Below are positions 17,940 to 24,000 of a DNA stretch of 24,000 nt, one piece after another. The translations under genes and the position numbers were made by a program. The DNA is taken from positions 43,509 to 67,508 of the forward strand of contig NZ_CP042476.1 of NCBI RefSeq assembly GCF_007993795.1. Direction: 5' to 3'. A model generated the notes under the pieces. It searched no databases. It was given only the letters and a program-made list of their open reading frames with translations, and was not told the DNA's origin. Position 1 is the stretch's first letter. Every line of letters begins with the position of its first letter. This stretch comes from Antarcticibacterium arcticum (GTDB lineage Bacteria; Bacteroidota; Bacteroidia; Flavobacteriales; Flavobacteriaceae).

Positions 17940-18948
17940 AGGTCTTGTCTTTTTGCTTTTAGCAGTATTGCTTTCCTGTAATCCTTCTTCTCAGGTTAAT
18001 GAGCAGGTATACCGGGGGGAGGCTCTTGGCACCACCTATCAGGTCAAATTTTTTCATACTGAAAAACTGGATCTGCAAAAAGGCCTTGATTCTATTTTTA
18101 AGGTGATCAACACTTCCATGAGCACCTATCAGGCAGATTCTGATATTTCCCGAATAAATTCCGGGGATACCACTATAGTTGTGGATGAAAATTTCAGGGA
18201 AGTTTTTAATTATTCCCAGCAAATATTTAATGAAAGCAATGGGTTTTTTGACCCCACAGTAGGGAAATTGGTAAATGCCTATGGTTTTGGCCCGGAAGCC
18301 GGAAAGGTTCAATTAAGTAAAGAAATGCTGGATTCAATTAAACAATTCGTAGGTTTTCAAAAAGTGGAACTCACCCGGTCAAACCATATTAAAAAAGAGC
18401 ATCCCGGGATATACTTAGATTTTAATGCCATTGCCAAAGGCTATACTGTTGATGTTATTGCACGTTACCTTGACAGTAAAAATGTAAATGATTATTTGCT
18501 TGAATTGGGAGGGGAACTGGTAGCAAAAGGAGTGAACCAATATAAAGAAGAGGCCTGGGCAGTTGGAATAGATACCCCAATGGAGGAGGAAAGGGAGCGG
18601 GAACTATATGCCGCAGTTAAGTTAGAAAACAGGGCCATGGCTACCTCCGGCAATTACCGCAAGTTCCGGATAGATTCCTTGAGCGGGCAGCGGTTTGTAC
18701 ATACTATTAACCCTATAACAGGTTTTGCTGAAAAAAGCAATTTATTAAGCGCATCGGTCCTCGCTGAAAACTGCACCCTGGCAGATGGTTATGCTACTGC
18801 ATTTATGGCATTAGGTCTTGAAAAATCTATAGAAATGGCTCAAAAGCTCGAAAATGTAGAGGTGTACCTGATCTATACAGATGAAGAAAATAAGGTGAAA
18901 ACATATATTACCCCGGGATTTGAAAGTTCCCTTCTTGCTGAAAATTAG
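17914..18948 (+). CDS. apbE: FAD:protein FMN transferase (ApbE), lipoprotein; start uncertain
   Basis: ApbE motifs are MSTYQADSDISRIN, FDPTVG.LV..YGFGP, DFNAIAKGYTVD, LLELGGE, MATSGNYRKF, HTINP.TG and ADGYATAFMALG. An in-frame TTG at 17914 gives a canonical lipoprotein signal (M)KAFRKYYKGLVFLLLAVLLSC. ATG alternatives are 17872 and 17824. Confidence 0.85.
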   Translation: MKAFRKYYKGLVFLLLAVLLSCNPSSQVNEQVYRGEALGTTYQVKFFHTEKLDLQKGLDSIFKVINTSMSTYQADSDISRINSGDTTIVVDENFREVFNYSQQIFNESNGFFDPTVGKLVNAYGFGPEAGKVQLSKEMLDSIKQFVGFQKVELTRSNHIKKEHPGIYLDFNAIAKGYTVDVIARYLDSKNVNDYLLELGGELVAKGVNQYKEEAWAVGIDTPMEEERERELYAAVKLENRAMATSGNYRKFRIDSLSGQRFVHTINPITGFAEKSNLLSASVLAENCTLADGYATAFMALGLEKSIEMAQKLENVEVYLIYTDEENKVKTYITPGFESSLLAEN

Positions 18949-18949
18949 A

Positions 18950-19711
18950 TTATTTCCGGCATACAGGGATGATCTCCCCTTGAGCTATCCTGTATTTATC
19001 TATTTCTTCTGCTGGGAGGGTTTTAGTGTAATCAACTTCCTCAACCTTAAACCCAATTTGTCGTAGCTTATTAAAGTAATCTTTTCCGTACACCCTTACA
19101 TGATCATATTGCCCAAAGATCTTCGCTCTTTCGGTTTTAGAGGTTATGCTGTTATCTTCGAAAGTTTTTTCGCGGGAAAGGTCCTGGGGTATTTGTAAAA
19201 TTGCAGTTCCCCGGGGCCGCAGTATCCTGTAAAGTTCCTGCATCGCCTTTGTGTCATCAGGAATGTGCTCTAACACGTGATTACAAAGGATGAAGTCATA
19301 ACTGTTATCTTCAAAAGGAAGTTTCGTGATATCAGCTTTTACATCGGCGAGGGGAGAATTGAGATCAGTGGTGGTGTAGTCCAGATTCTTTAACCTTCTG
19401 AAACGCTTATAGAATGCCTGTTCGGGTGCAAAATGGAGAACCTTAAGCTTATCTCTGAAGAATCCTGTTTCCCGCGCTAGATAAAGCCATAGGAGCCTGT
19501 GGCGTTCCAGCGAAAGGGTAGAAGGGGAGAGCACATTCTCCCGTTGGTTTTCATAGCCGTAAGGCAAAAATTTTCTAAAAGTTTTCCCGTCTATGGGATC
19601 CTGGTATTTATTGCCTTTCAGGCTCAATTGCAAAAACGGCCTGGCCAGGTAGCTTAATTTAATTAACAGGGGACGGGGAATGGTATTGAGTACTAATTTG
19701 AAGATTCTCAT
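18950..19711 (-). CDS. Class I SAM-dependent methyltransferase (Methyltransf_11-like)
   Basis: VLHFAPEQ in the motif-I position, acidic loop TTTDL, and DITKLPFEDNSYDFILCNHVLEHIPDD...LYRILRPRGTAILQIP. There is no DPPY/NPPY or PCQ DNA-methyltransferase motif. Confidence 0.7.
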   Translation of the reverse strand: MRIFKLVLNTIPRPLLIKLSYLARPFLQLSLKGNKYQDPIDGKTFRKFLPYGYENQRENVLSPSTLSLERHRLLWLYLARETGFFRDKLKVLHFAPEQAFYKRFRRLKNLDYTTTDLNSPLADVKADITKLPFEDNSYDFILCNHVLEHIPDDTKAMQELYRILRPRGTAILQIPQDLSREKTFEDNSITSKTERAKIFGQYDHVRVYGKDYFNKLRQIGFKVEEVDYTKTLPAEEIDKYRIAQGEIIPVCRK

Positions 19712-20271
19712 ACCTTTATATCACCCCAATTTTCACCAGATTTGATGCGGTATAACTGCATTTCAGAAACTCCAAATTGTTTTGCCAAAACCCTTATGCG
19801 GGTTTTTCGGTTGGGATCAAGCAATTTTTTCTTTAAAATTACCGCCTGTGCATAGGTGAGTTTTGAATAGGTGGTGATCTTTCTTAGTTTTCTTTTCAGT
19901 TTATTCTCCACCACGCTGGGGTTTCCAAACTGATGCCGGGTCCATTCTTCTTTATTTACCCAGGCAAGATTCTCTGCCTGGTTTTCGTGTTTATTATAAT
20001 TCTTATGGATTACATATTTCTCATCTTCCTTCCTTTCCAGGAACAACTCTGCAACCATTCGGTGAAAATAATAACTCTTATTCTTTCCGGATTTCAACAC
20101 CACCACAAAAGAGAGATAACCGGCAGTTTTACCTCCGGACAATAGTTCACCTTCAGGGTTTTTTACAAAACTTATTACCCTGCCCAGATTTGAAATTTTA
20201 TATTTAAAGCGATCCTGCCAGATCTCCTTATATAAATGTTTCCAATGTTCCTGTCTAAAACTTTTGATCAT
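19708..20271 (-). CDS. NUMOD4 + HNH_3-like homing-endonuclease-family protein with a C-terminal HTH-like tail
   Basis: NUMOD4-like EHWKHL...YKISNLGRVISF. HNH_3-like GYLSFVVVLKSGKNKSYYFHRMVAELF...VIHKNYNKHENQAENLAWV. C-terminal tail LTYAQAVILKKKL...VLAKQFGVSEMQLYRIKSGENW. Confidence 0.55.
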   Translation of the reverse strand: MIKSFRQEHWKHLYKEIWQDRFKYKISNLGRVISFVKNPEGELLSGGKTAGYLSFVVVLKSGKNKSYYFHRMVAELFLERKEDEKYVIHKNYNKHENQAENLAWVNKEEWTRHQFGNPSVVENKLKRKLRKITTYSKLTYAQAVILKKKLLDPNRKTRIRVLAKQFGVSEMQLYRIKSGENWGDIKV

Positions 20272-21080
20272 TATTTCTGTGCCCTGAAATTATCTTCCTC
20301 GTCGCTCTGGATTCCCAGTGCTTCATATATATATTTAAAGGTAGAAAGCAGTTCGGGTTTCCCATCTACAATTGCCACATTGTGTTCAAAGTGAGCGCTG
20401 GGTTTCCCGTCGGCAGTAAGAATGGTCCATCCATCCTTTAATTGCTTAATACGTTTTGTACCCATATTGATCATGGGTTCAATTGCCACAACCATTCCTT
20501 CTACAAATTTCTTTCCTCTGCCTCGTTGGCCGTAATTTGGCATTTCCGGATCTTCATGCATTTTTTTGCCTAAACCGTGACCTACCAATTCTCTTACTAC
20601 TCCATAGCCGTGGTCCTCACAATATTTTTGAATCGCAAATCCCACATCTCCAACTCTGTTCCCTGCCTTAAATTCTTCTATACCCTTGTAAAGAGATTCT
20701 TTGGTAACCTGAAGCAGCTTTTTAGTCTCCTCACTTATTTCTCCTACACCAAAAGTATATGCATGATCTCCATAAAAACCTTCTTTAATCGCCCCACAGT
20801 CTATAGAGATTATATCTCCTTCCACCAGAGGGGTGCTATTTGGTACTCCGTGAACTACCTGTGCATTAGGGCTCATACATAGGGTGTTTGGAAAATCATA
20901 TAATCCTAAAAACCCCGGGACAGCCTTTTGTTCCCGTATATATTCTTCAGCCATTTTATCCAAATGAAGGGTAGTAATACCGGGTTTGATCTCTGAAGCC
21001 AGCATCCCTAATGTCCTGGATACAACTAAGGCGCTCTCCCTCATTAACTCAATTTCTTCCCTGGTTTTTTGTATGATCAT
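20271..21080 (-). CDS. map: Type I methionine aminopeptidase
   Basis: 269 aa with metal-ligand contexts VVHG, ISIDCG, YGDHAYTF, VGHGLG, VVAIEP and HFEHNV. Confidence 0.92.
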   Translation of the reverse strand: MIIQKTREEIELMRESALVVSRTLGMLASEIKPGITTLHLDKMAEEYIREQKAVPGFLGLYDFPNTLCMSPNAQVVHGVPNSTPLVEGDIISIDCGAIKEGFYGDHAYTFGVGEISEETKKLLQVTKESLYKGIEEFKAGNRVGDVGFAIQKYCEDHGYGVVRELVGHGLGKKMHEDPEMPNYGQRGRGKKFVEGMVVAIEPMINMGTKRIKQLKDGWTILTADGKPSAHFEHNVAIVDGKPELLSTFKYIYEALGIQSDEEDNFRAQK

Positions 21081-21505
21081 AATTTTAATTTGAGGTAGCG
21101 TAAAACCCCTTTTTTGTTATTCTTTATTTTAAGGTTCTTTTGGCCTCGGGATTCAGAGATACCATTCAAGGTATGGTAGATCTCGCCCCAGCCCATTAGA
21201 CCACCTATATTACGGTCGTCTATAAAATAATCTGCCTGAATTTTACGGCTCAATGAATGGTCAAAAATTTCTTCCGGATAACTACTGTTAACTGCATAAA
21301 AGTGCACCCCTTTTTTCTTGCAGAAATTAACCGCCTCTTCCAGATGAATTCCGGTTCTGTAAGTCCACAGGATCAAGTGATGGCCCTCTTCCTGGAGTTT
21401 TAAAAGGGTCTCGATGGCAAATAAAATGGGTTTTCCAATTTCAGGAAACCTGTTCTCCACAATAGTACCGTCAAAATCTACAGCGATAGTAAGGTTTTCA
21501 AACAT
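21077..21505 (-). CDS. Small capless HAD-superfamily hydrolase-like protein
   Basis: 142 aa. HAD motif I is AVDFDGTIV, motif II is LILWTYR and motif IV is YFIDDRN. Confidence 0.6.
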   Translation of the reverse strand: MFENLTIAVDFDGTIVENRFPEIGKPILFAIETLLKLQEEGHHLILWTYRTGIHLEEAVNFCKKKGVHFYAVNSSYPEEIFDHSLSRKIQADYFIDDRNIGGLMGWGEIYHTLNGISESRGQKNLKIKNNKKGVLRYLKLKL

Positions 21506-21544
21506 TCATCCAGTTTATTAACGATCCTAAAATTTTAAATTCTC

Positions 21545-22132
21545 TTAATTGGCGTAGGCATTTTTGTACTCCTGCCCTGTAACTATTTTAGCGATATCCT
21601 TTTCAATTGTTTCAACTCCATATTCTACAAACCTGTTTACCTCTTTCCCATCTTTTAAAAAGATGAAAGTGGGTACCCTGTGCATGTTATAACCCTCTTC
21701 CAGATTTTCCGGAGTAGATTTTCCTCTTGTAACTCCTACCATAGTGAGTTTGGAAAGGTCATATCCTGCCTCATCAAGGATCTTGAACAATTTAGGAAGC
21801 TCCCTTCGGCTGTCCGGGCACCAGGTGCCCACAAAACCCACAACCTCAAAGTCTGAAATATTTTCTTTTATGCTGGCAAGATCTTCTGCTGTTGGCTGGT
21901 ATTCATTATATCCTTTTTCGAACCAGCTGGAAAACGGAGCTTTCATAAGGTCCTCTTTAGTAAATTTTCCTACTATCATACTTTGAATATCGTTTTCTTC
22001 AGCATCTGCATCAGCAATGATTTGTACCTGATTGTTATTATCCACATTTATTTGTGCCTTATCCCCGGTAGTTTGGTTTCCACAGGCAGTAAAAATTGCA
22101 AGTATTAAAATGTATAAGCTCATATTTCTCAT
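21545..22132 (-). CDS. Thioredoxin-fold lipoprotein with a CxxS active site
   Basis: The lipoprotein signal is MRNMSLYILILAIFTAC. The thioredoxin-like core reads VVGFVGTWCPDSRRELPKLFKIL...HRVPTFIF.KDGKEV, and the active-site motif is WCPDS. Confidence 0.7.
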   Translation of the reverse strand: MRNMSLYILILAIFTACGNQTTGDKAQINVDNNNQVQIIADADAEENDIQSMIVGKFTKEDLMKAPFSSWFEKGYNEYQPTAEDLASIKENISDFEVVGFVGTWCPDSRRELPKLFKILDEAGYDLSKLTMVGVTRGKSTPENLEEGYNMHRVPTFIFLKDGKEVNRFVEYGVETIEKDIAKIVTGQEYKNAYAN

Positions 22133-22141
22133 TTGTATTTA

Positions 22142-23659
22142 TTAAATTAAAGAATCCTGGGTCATTAATTCGGGTTTAGTAATGCCCATTAATTGAAGTA
22201 TAGTCGGTGCAATGCTTCCTAAATTACCACTATTGATGTGTTTTATGTCATTATCAACCAAAATTAGGGGAACCGGGTTGGTTGTGTGAGCAGTATTGGG
22301 GGACCCGTCTGGGTTTATCATCATCTCACAGTTTCCATGATCTGCAATTACAAGTACGCTAAATTGGTGCTCTATTGCTGCATTTACAACATCTCCAAGA
22401 CATTCATCCACCGCTTCACATGCTTTTACAGCAGCTTTAAAAACTCCGGTATGACCTACCATATCTGGATTTGCAAAATTCAAACAAATAAAATCGGCAT
22501 GCTCCTCTTCGATCTCCGGGATGATCTTGTCCCTAATTTCAAAAGCACTCATTTCGGGTTTAAGGTCATAGGTTGCCACTTTGGGAGAATTGCACATAAT
22601 GCGTTTTTCACCTTTAAAAGGAGCTTCCCTGCCGCCGGAAAAGAAAAAGGTAACGTGAGGGTATTTTTCGGTCTCGGCGATCCTTATTTGTTTTTTACCC
22701 ATATACTCCAGGACTTCTCCCAGGGTTGCTTTTAAATTATCCTTCCTGAAAACCGTATTAATATTGGTAAATGTTTCATCATACGTGGTGAGTGTCACAA
22801 AATACAACGAAAGTTTTTTCATATTATATTGTTCAATATCCTCCTGAGAAAGGGCCTGGGTAAGCTGGCGACCCCTGTCTGTCCGGAAATTGAAAAAGAT
22901 CACCACCTCGTCATTTTTTAAAGTTGCAACAGGCAATCCTTCCTCATTGGTAAGAACGATAGGCTCCAGGAATTCATCTGAGATCCCAATGTCATAACTC
23001 TGCTGTATTGCATCAAGAACATTGGAGGTTTTATTTCCTTTTCCTGAAACAATAAGGTCATATGCTTTTTGAACTCTTTCCCAACGGTTATCCCTGTCCA
23101 TTGCAAAATATCTTCCAATAACAGTTGCAAGTTTGGCATTGGTAAGCTGTAAATGTTGAGTAAGCTCATCTACAAATTTTATTCCTGAATGAGGGTCTAC
23201 ATCCCGGCCATCAGTAAAAGCGTGGACAAATTTCTCCTTAATTCCAAATTCCTCTGCAGCAGTAAGCAGGCCTTTTAAATGGTCAATATGAGAATGTACC
23301 CCTCCATCACTTAGTAATCCCATAAAGTGAATTGGCTTATTGTTGCGAAGTGCATAATCAAATGCCTGTTCCAAAACAGGTTCGCTGGTTAAGCTTTTGT
23401 TTTGAACAGCGAGGTTTATTTTTGCGAGATCCTGATATACTATCCTTCCGGCTCCTAAATTCATGTGACCAACCTCGCTGTTTCCCATTTGACCCTCTGG
23501 CAATCCTACATTCATTCCATGGGTAAGTAACTGGGCGTGGGGATATTTTTGAATTAAGGAATCAAAATTTGGAGTATTGGCATGTGCTATCGCCGATACC
23601 TTTTCATCCTGAGTAATACCCCAGCCGTCCAGGATCAAAAGGATCACTTTCTTATTCAT
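22142..23659 (-). CDS. gpmI: 2,3-bisphosphoglycerate-independent phosphoglycerate mutase
   Basis: 505 aa with LLILDGWG, GNSEVGHMNLGAGR (catalytic Ser), LLSDGGVHSH, TDGRD, NFANPDMVGHTG and IADHGN. Confidence 0.93.
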   Translation of the reverse strand: MNKKVILLILDGWGITQDEKVSAIAHANTPNFDSLIQKYPHAQLLTHGMNVGLPEGQMGNSEVGHMNLGAGRIVYQDLAKINLAVQNKSLTSEPVLEQAFDYALRNNKPIHFMGLLSDGGVHSHIDHLKGLLTAAEEFGIKEKFVHAFTDGRDVDPHSGIKFVDELTQHLQLTNAKLATVIGRYFAMDRDNRWERVQKAYDLIVSGKGNKTSNVLDAIQQSYDIGISDEFLEPIVLTNEEGLPVATLKNDEVVIFFNFRTDRGRQLTQALSQEDIEQYNMKKLSLYFVTLTTYDETFTNINTVFRKDNLKATLGEVLEYMGKKQIRIAETEKYPHVTFFFSGGREAPFKGEKRIMCNSPKVATYDLKPEMSAFEIRDKIIPEIEEEHADFICLNFANPDMVGHTGVFKAAVKACEAVDECLGDVVNAAIEHQFSVLVIADHGNCEMMINPDGSPNTAHTTNPVPLILVDNDIKHINSGNLGSIAPTILQLMGITKPELMTQDSLI

Positions 23660-23828
23660 AATTCAGTTTTTTATTTTTTTTGAAAAATTCGCTTAATTGG
23701 GTACTCTTCTATGATAATTATGGAGTACTGCTTCTAAGTTTCTTTCAGAAAAAAGTATAATTTACGGTAAAGATAAAAACTATATCGCCGTCCTCATAAA
23801 TAATGGCAGGATAAGTTTTTTCAAATTC

Positions 23829-24000
23829 TTATTTCCGGTATTGCTTAATTGCTTCCCTAATCTTTTCTACACGGTTATCAGGATCGGGGTGGGTGCTTTG
23901 AAATTCCGGAGTGCGGTTGGGGCCACCTGCTTTTTTAAGGATTTCCATCACTTCTATAAGGGCTTCAGGATCATAACCCGCATCCATCATTATCTTAACC
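23829..24000 (-). CDS. C-terminal 56 codons of an M48-type metallopeptidase, N-terminus beyond the right edge
   Basis: The reverse-complement translation is VKIMMDAGYDPEALIEVMEILKKAGGPNRTPEFQSTHPDPDNRVEKIREAIKQYRK, ending at TAA (23831-23829). The AGYDP...L..L....pefLSTHP...R pattern is typical of the M48/BepA-like C-terminal region. It is not in the ORF track because it is truncated. Confidence 0.55.
   Translation of the reverse strand, partial: VKIMMDAGYDPEALIEVMEILKKAGGPNRTPEFQSTHPDPDNRVEKIREAIKQYRK

Noticed and set aside
18950-20271. HNH-like nuclease plus overlapping methyltransferase as a restriction-modification pair
   Set aside because: The methyltransferase has a Methyltransf_11-type layout (VLHFAPE...LEHIPD). 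It has no DPPY/NPPY/SPPY or PCQ/ENV DNA-methyltransferase motif and no target-recognition domain. The nuclease is of the NUMOD4 homing type, not a restriction-enzyme type.
22286-22735. 149-aa plus-strand ORF, and similar ORFs at 20483-20882, 21744-21986 and 23332-23526
   Set aside because: These are antisense shadows of gpmI, map and the thioredoxin-like gene, with no supporting motifs.
23701-23736. Short inverted repeat GTACTC...GAGTAC and direct repeat GTACT(C/GC)TTCTA upstream of gpmI
   Set aside because: The arms are only 6 bp with a 16-nt spacer, within chance expectation for AT-rich intergenic DNA. No second occurrence was noticed in the window.

Overview
This window looks like ordinary chromosomal sequence from a Flavobacteriia-type Bacteroidota genome. 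That placement is inferred from A-rich, Shine-Dalgarno-less start contexts, a TAnnTTTG -7 promoter motif, a Na+-NQR operon and a T9SS-style adhesin. No homology search was possible, so all family names rest on motifs read from the translations. The most notable feature is missing from the supplied ORF track. Positions 1-5633 carry one uninterrupted minus-strand reading frame of 1,877 codons, starting at ATG 5633 and running off the left edge. It encodes a signal peptide followed by about 20 tandem beta-rich modules, most with a conserved Cys pair, in at least five repeat families, so it is a giant cell-surface adhesin. The rest of the window is mostly housekeeping: pruA; an NRDE/TANGO2-like gene; a minus-strand trio of a DUF5103 (T9SS Plug-like) gene, a DUF3667 zinc-ribbon membrane protein gene and apaG; a complete nqrABCDEF operon with promoter motif and terminator; an orphan 120-aa ORF overlapping a lipoprotein apbE; and a tightly coupled minus-strand string of gpmI, a CxxS thioredoxin-like lipoprotein, a small HAD-like hydrolase, map, a NUMOD4/HNH homing-endonuclease-like protein and a class I methyltransferase. 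A second truncated minus-strand gene, the C-terminus of an M48-type metallopeptidase, sits at the right edge. I found no rRNA, tRNA, CRISPR array, transposase, integrase or recognisable defence system. The hunt items are moderate-interest observations, not a clear novel system.
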